IMG/VR virus record: IMGVR_UViG_3300031344_000001
Length of the DNA: 64,000 nucleotides
Source: a virus
Taxonomy: Duplodnaviria > Heunggongvirae > Uroviricota > Caudoviricetes
Strand: one strand, 5' to 3'
How positions within the stretch are numbered: the stretch's first letter is position 1; the number at the start of each line of letters is the position of its first letter. Both the position numbers and the translations under genes were made by a program. Positions 1 through 10,310 of the stretch are shown in pieces. The notes under the pieces were generated by a model that was given only the letters and a program-made list of their open reading frames with translations, had not been told where the DNA came from and made no database searches.

Positions 1-693
1 CTTGCTGTGCACGTACCAACGCCCGTCTTCCCAAGGGTCCGCGACCCACTCGCCAACAGTCCCGTACGTGTCGTCCACGCCGTACGGACTGCGGCTGTCA
101 GGGTAGTGGCCGACGGGCGGCGGGTTGAGGGTGCAGTGCAGGAGGACGTGCTCTTGCGCGGGGACCTCGAAGTCCGAGAGGCTCACGTTGGGCCCCCGCT
201 GACACGTCGGGACGCTGTTCCCCCACGGGTAGATTCGATCGTCCGCGCTTCCTCGCGCAGCCTTCTCCCACTGCGCCTCCGTCGGGAGTCCCTCGCCGTG
301 CCAGGCGCAGTACGCGCGCGCCTGCGCCCACGTCACGACCGCCGCGACGGCGTCCTTCTCGGCGACGAAGATGTCCGGGCCTCCCCAAGAGATCACCGGG
401 GGCTCTCCGACACCCGGCTGGCAGGCCCCCGCACGAACGCACTGCTCGAACTCGCCCCGCGGTACTTGACGACTGTCGACCTCGAAGGACGAGAGCCAGA
501 CGCGCCGAGGGGGGCGATCGTCCACGCACTGCGCCAGCGTGGCGAACTGAACACCCCGGTACATGCCCGTGCAGCCCGCGGTGTACCAGCCAGCGGCGAC
601 GACGCGCGGGTGGTTCGGCGCGGCCTTCAACGGGGCCCGTGGTGTGCCCTGACCACACGCCGTACCTGCGACGACCACTAGCAGGAGGAGCAT
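1..693 (-). CDS. FGE-sulfatase/SUMF1-domain lipoprotein (runs off the window edge)
   Basis: Not in the ORF track. Hand translation from ATG 693 gives MLLLLVVVAGTACG (signal/lipobox-like), PPRRVWLSSFEVD, TWAQARAYCAW, LPTEAQWEKAARG, IYPWGN and SPYGVDDTYGTVGEWVAD, all FGE-sulfatase motifs. Confidence 0.85.
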   Translation of the reverse strand, partial: MLLLLVVVAGTACGQGTPRAPLKAAPNHPRVVAAGWYTAGCTGMYRGVQFATLAQCVDDRPPRRVWLSSFEVDSRQVPRGEFEQCVRAGACQPGVGEPPVISWGGPDIFVAEKDAVAAVVTWAQARAYCAWHGEGLPTEAQWEKAARGSADDRIYPWGNSVPTCQRGPNVSLSDFEVPAQEHVLLHCTLNPPPVGHYPDSRSPYGVDDTYGTVGEWVADPWEDGRWYVHSK

Positions 694-695
694 CC

Positions 696-2558
696 TCACG
701 CCGGTTCCTTCGACTCGCCCGCGCGCTCCGTCTCGGACTGCGGCGACGTGTCGTCACTCGTCACGGTGACGCCGCGCTGCGCGAGAGGTCGTGCCAAGAC
801 GAACGCGATGATCTCCTGCGCGCCGCGCTCGGCGTCGACCTCCACGAACTGCTCGGCGTTCGCGTCGGCGGGGACGTGCTCGTGCGGGAGCGCGCTGATC
901 GCCCCCTCGCGACCGGACTTGCCGTCGACGCGGACGCGCCCCGACTCGTCGCGCGTGATCACCCGTCCGCCGTTCACGACGATGCGCAGCGGGATCTTCG
1001 CTGAGCCGAGGTCGACGTCCGCGAGGCGGTGCGCGACCGCCGCGGCGACGCCGTTCACGCGCGCCTCGGTGATCTGGTAGGGCCCCTTGCCGCTGCCGTA
1101 CCCGAAGTCGGTGACGACGACGTCGAGGAGCCCAGCCGGCGCGTTCGCCGCGAGGTCGCCGTGACCGCCCTTGTCGTTGACCTTGCCGGCGTCGCGCAGG
1201 TCGGTAACTTCCGTCTCGGTGCCCGCTACCTTGGCCACGCCTTGGTGCACCCTGCCTTGGTAGGCCACCCAGGCAACGCTGGTGGCGGTGGTCTGCTTGT
1301 TGTGCGCGCCGTCCTTCGCCGCCTTGAAACTGTCTCCGATAGCGGTCATCGCGGCGGCTCCCATCGCAGGATTTGTGCGCAGCAGGGGACGCAACCTCTT
1401 CTTGGCGTCGAGGACGTTGTCCCCGTTGACGGCTTCCAGCGCGCGGAGCGCGGCCTTCTGGTGGTTGAAGAAGTCCACGATACCGTCGGTGGTCGCCTCC
1501 GATGGCTCCGGGTGATCCAACGCCATCTCGGCGGCCTTCTTGAGACCGTCCTCGACGGCAGCGGTGGCGCCCTCCACGATCAAGGAGTCCTCGTTCTCGA
1601 CAACCTTCGCCATCGCGCGGATCGCTGCCGAGGCCGTGGTGCTCTTCCCCGCGGACTCGATCACTTTCGCGATGTGCCCGACGAGGGCTTTGGACACGAT
1701 GCTGGCGACGCCCGCGGTCCCCATCGTGATCGCGATCTCGAGCAGGTCCTTCCACAGCGGCCCTGGCATGATCGGTGCGGTGTAGTGACTCGCTTCCATC
1801 GCCACCGACTCCACGGCATCCCCTTGCGTGTGGGCCAAGCGCTCGGCGGCCTTCTCGGACGCCGTGGAAGCGTCCTCGAAGGCGTTCACCGCGTTCTGCG
1901 GGTACGGCGTGGGGTCCTGCGCGTCCTTCGCCATCAGCTCCGCACCCTCGCGCTGCGCGTCGGCCGTCGACCTTGCTGCGCTACCGGTCGCGCCACCGGT
2001 CGCGCCACCGCTCGCCACCTCGTCCGCGCCCGCGGGCGCGTCGTCGATCTTGCGCGCGCGCCCCGTCAGCTCGGTCTTCACGTGCTCGACGTGGCCGTCG
2101 CTCCACATCGCCGAGAACGTCACGGTCGTGCCGAAGGCCCCGGTCTGCTTGGGCGCGAACAGCACGGCGATCGCTTGCTGGAACGCCGCCTTGGCATCGG
2201 CCGCGCTGGGCGGGACGAGGAACGTGTACGGCGCCCAGCTCGCGGTGAACGGCGTCCCGTCGGGCACGGTCACCGTGACGATCGTCGGCGGGCGCGTCCC
2301 CTCCAGCAACTCGGGGGGCTGGAGCGAGAACACCTGGCGGCTGCCGAGCACCTGCTCACCGACGTCGAGCGGCCGGCGGAACGTGGTCAGGCGCTGTTGC
2401 CCGAGCCCCCCGTCTCCCTGGTCGCGCGCGCGCTGACTGGAACGCGCGGCCAGGAGGTCGTCGACGTTGGGCGCGAAGCCGTTGGGCCCCGGAGCTTGGG
2501 CATCGACGAGCGGCGCGGCGGACGAGGAGTTGGGCTTGGCTTGCGGTCCGAACGTCAT
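696..2558 (-). CDS. Large Ala/Gly-rich hypothetical protein (about 620 aa), possibly an exported effector
   Basis: Long ORF with GAGG RBS before ATG 2558 and a central hydrophobic helix (IAITMGTAGVASIV). Lies directly upstream of the lipoprotein gene. Confidence 0.7.
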   Translation of the reverse strand: MTFGPQAKPNSSSAAPLVDAQAPGPNGFAPNVDDLLAARSSQRARDQGDGGLGQQRLTTFRRPLDVGEQVLGSRQVFSLQPPELLEGTRPPTIVTVTVPDGTPFTASWAPYTFLVPPSAADAKAAFQQAIAVLFAPKQTGAFGTTVTFSAMWSDGHVEHVKTELTGRARKIDDAPAGADEVASGGATGGATGSAARSTADAQREGAELMAKDAQDPTPYPQNAVNAFEDASTASEKAAERLAHTQGDAVESVAMEASHYTAPIMPGPLWKDLLEIAITMGTAGVASIVSKALVGHIAKVIESAGKSTTASAAIRAMAKVVENEDSLIVEGATAAVEDGLKKAAEMALDHPEPSEATTDGIVDFFNHQKAALRALEAVNGDNVLDAKKRLRPLLRTNPAMGAAAMTAIGDSFKAAKDGAHNKQTTATSVAWVAYQGRVHQGVAKVAGTETEVTDLRDAGKVNDKGGHGDLAANAPAGLLDVVVTDFGYGSGKGPYQITEARVNGVAAAVAHRLADVDLGSAKIPLRIVVNGGRVITRDESGRVRVDGKSGREGAISALPHEHVPADANAEQFVEVDAERGAQEIIAFVLARPLAQRGVTVTSDDTSPQSETERAGESKEPA

Positions 2559-3247
2559 GGTGACCTCGTGCGTGCGAGTGGGTGAGCGCGAGAATGAGGG
2601 ACTAGCGGCGTCCCGCAACAACGCCTGCTTAGCCGGTTGTTACCCACGAGGGTGCTTCTTCGCGTAGGCGACAGCGCAGACGGCTTGCGTAAGCGACAGC
2701 CCGAACTCTTTGTGAAGAAGCCGTGCCGGTTGATCGGGATGATCCTCGATCGCCATTCGCGCAAGCTCTACTTGCTCGTCGGTCAAGTAGATCTCCCGCC
2801 GTTGGTCCATTAGGTATGTAGGCACTCGTTAATCTTTGGGGTGTTAACCGGCTGAGCGTGCGAAGAACTAGCGGGAACGTGCAGCGGTGACAGCCACGCG
2901 GCGGCGCGCGGCGGCCAGGAAGGCAAGCAAGCGGTGCTGCCGATCGATCGTCAACCGCTTGAACGCCGCGGCGACGTGGTCCCCCTCTTGGGGCACCGAC
3001 AACCGCGCGTGCAACGCGCGAGACTCGGGCACCGAGAGCGTCGCGAACAGCGCGCCGATCTCGCGCTCCTTGCGCTGAAAGCCGACCATCGCGGGCTCGT
3101 TGATGAGCAGTGGCGCGGTGATGATGGCGACGACCGCGGCGCCGGGGTCAGGAGCCTGCGCGGGATCCTCGACGGTCGGCTGCTCCCGGCGCGCGACCGG
3201 CACCCGCCGACTGCCCGCCAGCGCCTGGTGGTCGAACAGCGAGGTCA

Positions 3248-3775
3248 TCACGGCACCACCTCGGCGTCCGCGTCGACCCAGCGCACGGAGCACAGGCGCG
3301 TACCGTACGCCGCGGCGGAGCACTCCGAGAGGCCGAACAAGTCGCACACACCCGCCAGCGCGCCGAGACTCGACGGCTCATCCCCGGCGAGCGTCACCTC
3401 GACGCGCTCGTGCGCGTGGTCCTTCCTGAGCGTGATGATGAGGCGTCGGCCGCGCTCACGAAACTTGCCGCTGAACCAGTGCGCGTAGATCTCGTCCGTG
3501 TCCTTGCTCGCGAAGACGTCGGTGACGTCGGCGACGTACCTCGCGTTCTGCCCGGTTGTATACCCAACGCCGTCGTCGGTCACCGAGATCCGCGGGGCCG
3601 CCGCGATCCACGCCTGGAGTTGGCCGCGCACGACGCCGATGCAGGCACGGGCCCCCGCGCGGCCAGCACCCGACTCCGCCTCGACATAGCCCGACGACGA
3701 CTTGAGGACGTAGGTCGTGTCCGCGAGGGCGAACGCAGGGCTGACCAGCAGCGCGAGGACGAGCACGATTCTCAT
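3248..3775 (-). CDS. Secreted hypothetical protein
   Basis: N-terminal signal peptide MRIVLVLALLVSPAFALA. Confidence 0.65.
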   Translation of the reverse strand: MRIVLVLALLVSPAFALADTTYVLKSSSGYVEAESGAGRAGARACIGVVRGQLQAWIAAAPRISVTDDGVGYTTGQNARYVADVTDVFASKDTDEIYAHWFSGKFRERGRRLIITLRKDHAHERVEVTLAGDEPSSLGALAGVCDLFGLSECSAAAYGTRLCSVRWVDADAEVVP

Positions 3776-3816
3776 GGCGTACCTTTCTTGCGGTGAATGA
3801 TCGAAGCGCCGCGGCG

Positions 3817-4017
3817 CTACTCGTCCTTGAGGAGTGAGAGTTGGTCACCAGAGACCGTCGGTGGCACCGGCCGCGGTGGCGGGACAGCCGCGAGATCCAA
3901 CCGCGTACGGATCCACTCCGATAGCGTCTCGTCGTCCCTCTTCGCAGCCGCGCGCCACATCTTCATCTGACGAGGGCGCGCTCGGATGTTGACGTTAACC
4001 GAATGAGCTGAGGCCAC
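3817..4017 (-). CDS. Ribbon-helix-helix-like DNA-binding protein
   Basis: VNVNIRA...WRAAAKRDDETLSEWIR strand-helix-helix pattern. Divergent from the long plus-strand array. Start codon uncertain. Confidence 0.55.
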   Translation of the reverse strand: MASAHSVNVNIRARPRQMKMWRAAAKRDDETLSEWIRTRLDLAAVPPPRPVPPTVSGDQLSLLKDE

Positions 4018-4284
4018 AGAGATCTGTTTACAGTGGCGCTTTACGATTGTCAATACAGATGCACTCGTGCTACCTGTCTTCTCCCATGAGCCGCTGGTTA
4101 TCTGGAGACGTCGCCACCATGACGCTCGGCGCGATCGAAGCCGAGATCTCATCCATCGAGAGGACGCCGATGCGCGACCGATCCGTCGCCGACGTCGAGC
4201 GACTCGCCGACCTACGCTCGGCCCAGCGCCGGATCAAGGGCGTCAAGGGCGGCTCGCGCAACTGCTTCTGGAGCTGACCCCGAC

Positions 4285-5196
4285 GTGCACCTGTTCGTCG
4301 TGACAGACTGGGACGAGGGTTTCGCTCTCGCCCCAGCGGCCGAGGCCCTCGCCGACGTACCGTCGGACGGCGAGTACGCCGTCGAGTGCGTTGCACCGCA
4401 CTTCGGCGTGCTCCAGGACGTCATGGTCCGAGGCTTCGCACTCGATCGGCTCTACATTGACGACCGGTTCGTGCCCGTCGTCGAAGCGCCTGTCACGACC
4501 ACCGCCCACAGCGAAGACCATCACTACGACCTCACGCCCCCAATCAAGATCGAGGGCCACGCCGTCCGCGCAGTCCTCAGGAACACCTCCGACGCGCCGA
4601 AGAAGCCCAAGGTCGCCGTGCTGGCCCAGGGGCTCCAGGCCGCGGAGGGTTGGCGCGTCGAGGTGCACACCGGCAGCGCCGCGCGACCGCTCACGCCGAG
4701 CTGCCCGACGTGCGACTCACCCGAGCGCGACGTCCGTCGCCAGCTCACATGCGCTCATCAAAAGCCGTGCCCGCACCGGGGCCCACAGTACACGCCGGAC
4801 GAAGCGGCGCGCATCGCGAAAGAGACGGGGCACTATCCACCGAACACGGCGTGGGAGATCGTGACCGGTAAGGCAGCCGCGTCCGGCGTGTTCTGCGCCG
4901 ACACCTGGCACGACGCAGCCACGAAGCCCGCGCGGGAGTCCGTCGTGCACGCCCCCAAGCTCTCGCGCACGACCCACGAGGGCCCCGGCAACGCGACGCT
5001 CGTGCGAGGGTGCTCGTGCGGCGTGGAAGCCTCGACGCCCGAGGCGTTCGCCGCTCACGTCGGCGTTCCCGAGCGCGTCTTCACCGCGATGCTGGGCCTC
5101 GTCGGCGTCATCTACGACCTCTGCGACTCGGCGCAGGTGACGCGCGAGGAAGCCGCGCGTCGCGTCGCCCGCTGCCTGGAGTTCCCCTCATGCTGA
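4285..5196 (+). CDS. Hypothetical protein with a beta-rich N-domain and CxxC-containing C-region
   Basis: ORF track. N-domain resembles 5190-5552 (FALDRLYIDDRFVP...VRAVLRNTSDAP). Confidence 0.65.
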   Translation: MHLFVVTDWDEGFALAPAAEALADVPSDGEYAVECVAPHFGVLQDVMVRGFALDRLYIDDRFVPVVEAPVTTTAHSEDHHYDLTPPIKIEGHAVRAVLRNTSDAPKKPKVAVLAQGLQAAEGWRVEVHTGSAARPLTPSCPTCDSPERDVRRQLTCAHQKPCPHRGPQYTPDEAARIAKETGHYPPNTAWEIVTGKAAASGVFCADTWHDAATKPARESVVHAPKLSRTTHEGPGNATLVRGCSCGVEASTPEAFAAHVGVPERVFTAMLGLVGVIYDLCDSAQVTREEAARRVARCLEFPSC

Positions 5197-5552
5197 GCGC
5201 CTCGACGGGCCCCACCCGCGCAACGGCTGCCATGGCGCGTGTCCGCGTCAGAGACTTCGACGACTCTCCCGCCATCATACCCCCGGGCGAGACGTACGAA
5301 GCGACGTGCCACTCGATCGAGCGCCTGCACCTCGTCGAGGTCGTGACCCACGACTTCACGCTCGTCGCGCTGTACGTCAGCAACAGCTTCGTTCCGACGA
5401 AGGAGCGCGTGACCGTCGTCGGCGCGCGGGTGTACCAGCCCGGACCCGCAGGCGTGGGCATCCCCATGTGCTCGCGCGTCAGGGTCGTCCTCCGGAACAC
5501 GACCGATCACCCGCTTCGCGCCCGACTCGCGAACTTCGAGGGGCCCCGATGA
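5190..5552 (+). CDS. Hypothetical beta-rich protein, paralog of the upstream N-domain
   Basis: FTLVALYVSNSFVP...VRVVLRNTTDHP. Confidence 0.6.
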   Translation: MLSASTGPTRATAAMARVRVRDFDDSPAIIPPGETYEATCHSIERLHLVEVVTHDFTLVALYVSNSFVPTKERVTVVGARVYQPGPAGVGIPMCSRVRVVLRNTTDHPLRARLANFEGPR

Positions 5553-7724
5553 CGCCGGAGTTCGTCGGATGGCTCACGGACCGGGGATTCCTCGACAGCG
5601 TGAACAGCGCGCAGGAGGAGCGCCTCCGCGCCGCGACCGAGACCCCGCTCTCACCCGAGCAACAGCTGCGCTGGGTCGAAGCCCTCGCCGACCTCGTGGC
5701 CGAGAAGTGGGCCGCGACGGATCCTCCAGGGCTGGCGACCGCCCGGACCGCGATCACCTTCCTGAGGACGGAGGCCGCGGAGCGCGACCACTGGTGGCGG
5801 TCACCCCGAATCGAGATCGACGCCGTCGAGGACTACCTCTGCATCGCGATCGACCAGATCCTCGAAGACGAGGTCGACATCTCCAGCGAAATGCACCCTC
5901 TCGACCAAAGTCACGACGTCGCCGACCACGACGCGGAGGGATGCGCGGAGTGCCTCAAGCAGTTCGCCCTCCAGGACGCGCACATCGACGAGGTACGCGG
6001 GACCATCGCGTCGATGATCCTCCACGCTCACGACCTCGCCCTCGTCAGTCCCGCCTACGTCAGCACGGAGGAGTCCTGATGAACCTCTATGACATCTATG
6101 AGCGCTTCCGCAAACGCGCGAAGGACCTCCGGGCGTGCGCCGAGTTGGTCGGCAACCTGAAGCAGCTGCCTGAGCGCGTGGCCCCGAAGGACTTCGAGCA
6201 GGTGGTCGACCTCATGGCCGGCGCCGCGAGCGACATCGAGATGCTGGTCAAGTCACGGCCGATCGGCTGCATCTGCCGTTGCATCGAGGGCGAGAACTTC
6301 GACTACTTCGACTACGTGGAAGGCTGCTTCCACCACAGCCAGCTCTACCAGCTGCGCGAGACGCTCAAGGCCGACTACGCCAAGATGGAGCGTGCGCTCA
6401 AGAACGAGGCACGGATGAAGCTCGTCGCCGCGGCACTGGCGGGCGCCGCGACGCTGCCGAACTACACCGCCCACGACTACGCCAAGCGAGCGGTCGAGAT
6501 CGCAGACGAAACGATTCGCAGGATCACGGAGACGACGTGAAAACCTACCGCCACAAGCACGGCGTCGAAGCGATGCGCTGGACGGGCACCCCCGAGGACC
6601 GCGCGCGGTTCACCGAATGGTTCGGCGGCCACGACATCATGTTCAAGACGCACGGTTCCGAGATCGTCCTACCCGCGATCCACGGCTACACGCGGGCCGC
6701 CGCCGTCGGCGCGTGGATCCTCCACGCCGACGGTGAATTCCTCGCGATGGAGGACGCGGTGTTCACCGCCACCTACGAGGAGGTCGCGAAGACACTCGAG
6801 ACCGCGAAGACGTTCGGTCCAGGCTTAGCTGGACGTGCGGCACTCGTGGAGTACCTCAAAGGGGTGGACCCTGCGAAGGCCTTGCTCGTGTGGATCCGCA
6901 CGGCTGTCGACACCTTCTTGCGCGACACGGGCGCCGTACAAAACGCGGTCGAGGGCTGGGACGTGTTCTTGGGTTGGGTCAAGGGTCACCGCGGGCGACC
7001 GGACCTCAACCTGGAAAGTCCAGCCGAGCGCGTCCTGCAACGAATCACCGCGCGCGCCGAAGAGGAGATCCGTCAGGCCGCGCTGTCACGCCCCGTGGCG
7101 GACCTGCGCGTCGTAGAGCCCTGGATCGACGAGTTCTTCACCCACGAGTCCCTTGCGTGAGCCCCGAAGTGTCCCACGTCGCCGCGCAGCACGCGAAGCT
7201 GCGCGCTCTGGGCGCAGAGGTCGCGCTCGCTGGTGCGCATGACGCGCCGGTCTTGCACGCCATGCTGCGAACACTCGTCGAACTGGTGTGCTCCGCGCCG
7301 GAGCCATGCTCCGCAATGCCCAACAACGTGGAGCTCTACGAGGGCGTGCTGCGAAGACTGCGAGAGGGTGGAGCGTGACACGCAAGAAAGCACCGACGAC
7401 GGCTACGCTTGCGGGTGCCACGCACGAAGCGCTTGCGACGTCCCCCCGGGCGGCGATCCACATCGTTCGTCAACGTGCCGAGCGCGCCCAAGCGCTACGC
7501 GAACGACCGTCGCACACGGTACCGCGCAAAAAGCACGAGTCCGACGCCTACGAAGTGACGCTCCGTCGTGACGTGCAGCAGGTAGCGCTCGTCCGCCTCG
7601 AAGCATCAGCGCCCCAGGAGGCGATCAACATCGCGGAGGCGAACGCCGCCGAGGACGAAACCGCGTGGAAGATCGAAGAGTACATCGGCTCCCACAAGCC
7701 CGAAGTCCGCCGCACGAGGCTCCG

Positions 7725-8102
7725 GTGAAGGCCGTGAAGATCACGGCGGCGGACTGCCGGTCGTGCGGCGCGTGCTGCGTCGCCACCGGCGACGGCAGTG
7801 AGGTGCTCACCTACGGCTACGCCGACCTGACTTCCAAGGACGTCAAGCGGATGACGCCGCACGTGCGTCGACAGCTGTACGAGTTCTTCATCGGCGGCGA
7901 GACCCGGCACGCGACGCGCGCCAAGCAACTCACCTCCGGCGCGGTCGGCTGCCAGTACCTGCGGGGCACCCCGGGAGCGCGCTGTTCGTGCTCGATCTAC
8001 GAGACGCGGCCCGAGGTCTGCCAGAAGTTCCGCGTCGGCGGATCGACGTGCAAGCTCGCGCGTGCGGCCCTGGCGTCACGCGAAGAGGACACCCGCACGT
8101 GA
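7725..8102 (+). CDS. YkgJ-family cysteine-cluster protein
   Basis: CRSCGACC...CQYL...CSIYETRPEVC motif. Confidence 0.85.
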   Translation: MKAVKITAADCRSCGACCVATGDGSEVLTYGYADLTSKDVKRMTPHVRRQLYEFFIGGETRHATRAKQLTSGAVGCQYLRGTPGARCSCSIYETRPEVCQKFRVGGSTCKLARAALASREEDTRT

Positions 8103-8169
8103 CGCTGTCCCGTCAAAGATTTCTACCGCCTGATGATCCCCGTACCCCCACGCAGAAGGTGAATCGCGC

Positions 8170-8502
8170 ATGACTCCCACGACCACGACCACGTCTCCGA
8201 CCATCCGCCCCCTCCACGACCGCATCCTCGTCAAGCGCCTCGAAGCCGAGGAAAAGACGCCCGGCGGCCTCTTCATTCCCGAAGCCGCCAAGGAGAAGCC
8301 CGTCGCGGGAATCGTGGTCGCGATCGGCGACGGCGCTCGCGACAAGGACGGCCAGCGGATCCCGCTCGACGTCAAGACCGGCGACCGCGTGCTGTTCGCC
8401 AAGTACAGCGGCACCGAGGTGCAGACCCTCGGCGAGGGTCACGTGATCTTGCGTGAGGACGACGTCCTCGCCGTGATCGGTGACGCGGGGCAGGAGTCCT
8501 AA
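8170..8502 (+). CDS. groES: Co-chaperonin GroES
   Basis: IRPLHDRILVKR...TPGGLFIPEAAKEKP...VKTGDRVLFAKYSGTEV...ILREDDVLAV. Confidence 0.97.
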   Translation: MTPTTTTTSPTIRPLHDRILVKRLEAEEKTPGGLFIPEAAKEKPVAGIVVAIGDGARDKDGQRIPLDVKTGDRVLFAKYSGTEVQTLGEGHVILREDDVLAVIGDAGQES

Positions 8503-8503
8503 C

Positions 8504-9049
8504 GTGGCCGATCCCCTGACCAACTACGTCGACCTCCTCGGGCGCAACGGCCACGATCGCGTGACGCGCTTCGAGGGCGCCGTCACCAGCGTCACGTTCG
8601 ACCTCTACGGCTGCATCCAAGTGTCCGTCCAGCCGCGGGTCGACAAGGACGGCAAGCTGCCCGACGGGCGCTGGCTGGACGTCCATCGTCTGGAGCCCGA
8701 CGCCACGCGGGCCATGCTCGTCCCGGACTTCAGCTCCAATGCGCCCGCGATCGCGATCCTCGGGCGCTGGGGGCGTGACCGGGTGTCCGGCTTCGAGGGC
8801 ACCGTCAGCTCCATCGCGTACCACCTCAGCGGCAAGGTGGAAGTCGCGCTGTCACCACGCGTCGACAAGGAGGGCAAGGTTCCGGAGGGCCGGTGGCTCG
8901 ACGCCGCGCGCGTCGAGCTGATCGGCGACACGCGCGCGATGGAGGCCCCGAAGTTCACGCACGCGCCGGGCACCCTCGCGGTGGACCCCCACCAGCACGA
9001 GCACGGTCCCGCCGAGAAGCCCTCGGCGGACGCGGGCCCCCCGGTCTGA
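8504..9049 (+). CDS. Hypothetical protein with two tandem copies of a ~65 aa domain
   Basis: LLGRNGHDRVTRFEG...PRVDKDGKLPDGRWLD and ILGRWGRDRVSGFEG...PRVDKEGKVPEGRWLD. Confidence 0.75.
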   Translation: MADPLTNYVDLLGRNGHDRVTRFEGAVTSVTFDLYGCIQVSVQPRVDKDGKLPDGRWLDVHRLEPDATRAMLVPDFSSNAPAIAILGRWGRDRVSGFEGTVSSIAYHLSGKVEVALSPRVDKEGKVPEGRWLDAARVELIGDTRAMEAPKFTHAPGTLAVDPHQHEHGPAEKPSADAGPPV

Positions 9050-9713
9050 CACCACAAGCCGATGACGCGCCACTACGAGACCACGTTCCGCGAGTCCGGC
9101 ACCGGGCGCACGCTGGTGCTGCGCGGGCAGGGCAACACGCGCACGAGTGGCGCGCGGGCAGCGCGGTGGCAACTGCGCCGCATCGTCGGAGACATGTCGG
9201 GCTGGTACGAGGTCGAGACGCACTTCGTACCGCAAAAGGAGGCCAGGTGATGTTCGGAGAGCCCGAGGACCTCGAGAGCGCGTGCAACGCGCGCCTCTTC
9301 AGCGCAGACAACTACGGCGACGGGTCGGCGACGATCCGCTGCCAGCTGTCGCCGGGGCACGACGGCGTCCACCGCGAGCAATTCGAGTGCGGCCTGCCTC
9401 CCACGACGCACAACCGTGCGCCGACGACCCCGAACACCGAGAGTACCCCGATGCCGATCACCCCTGCACAAGCGCGCGAGGCCAGGAGCACCGCGGCCTC
9501 GCCCGCCGTAGCTGACCTCGTCGAGAGGATCGACGCCTACCTCAGCGCGACACGATCGACGCTCAACCACGAGTGGTTCTTCGCGATCGCCGGTGCCACG
9601 GACGACGCTGTCGAGGACGTGATCAAGCTCTACGAGAGCGCGGGCTGGCGCGTGCGCAGGATCTACGACCGCGAAGGACACGCGCTCGTCTTTAGCGAAG
9701 GAGTCGGGCGCTG

Positions 9714-10310
9714 ATGCTGGCCTTCCTCGACCTCGAGACAACGGGCCTCGACAGCGAGAGCGACGACATCCTGGAGGTCGCCTGCGTCGTCACCGAGGAC
9801 GATCTCCAGGAAGTGGCCCGCTACCACTCCGTCCTCGTGGCGCACCGTCCCTTCCATCGCCTGCCGGAGGTCGTGCGCGACATGCACGCCAAGAGCGGCC
9901 TGTGGGACGAGGCGACCGGCGGGTCGAAGAAGGCCGCCAAGACCCTCGGTGCCGTCGACCAAGACCTGTCGACCTTCCTGCGCGCGCACGCAGTCAGGAT
10001 CCAGAAGCGCGACGACGGCACCCCTGTGATCGAGCGCGCGCAACTCGCCGGGCTCGGCGTCTACTTCGACCGCATGTTCATGAAGCGCTGCCTGCCGCGC
10101 GCCGAGGCCGAGCTGCACTACCGCCAGCTCGACCTCACGGGCGTCAACGAGCTCTTCGCGCGCTTCCGCCCGAGCGTCTACGAGGGTCGTCCCAAGCACC
10201 CCGTCGTGCACCGCGCGATGCCAGACGTCCTGGAGGCGATCGACGTCGCACGCTACTACGGCGCGTGGATCGGGAGCCCGGAGCACGGCGCCAACACGGG
10301 AACGCCGTAG
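9714..10310 (+). CDS. orn: Oligoribonuclease-like DEDDh exonuclease
   Basis: FLDLETTGLD...ILEVACVVT, MHAKSGL, FDRMF, LHYRQLD and HRAMPD motifs. Confidence 0.88.
   Translation: MLAFLDLETTGLDSESDDILEVACVVTEDDLQEVARYHSVLVAHRPFHRLPEVVRDMHAKSGLWDEATGGSKKAAKTLGAVDQDLSTFLRAHAVRIQKRDDGTPVIERAQLAGLGVYFDRMFMKRCLPRAEAELHYRQLDLTGVNELFARFRPSVYEGRPKHPVVHRAMPDVLEAIDVARYYGAWIGSPEHGANTGTP

Noticed and set aside
1-693. Diversity-generating retroelement target (FGE/C-lectin fold)
   Set aside because: No reverse transcriptase or TR/VR pair is visible, and the C-terminus lies outside the window.
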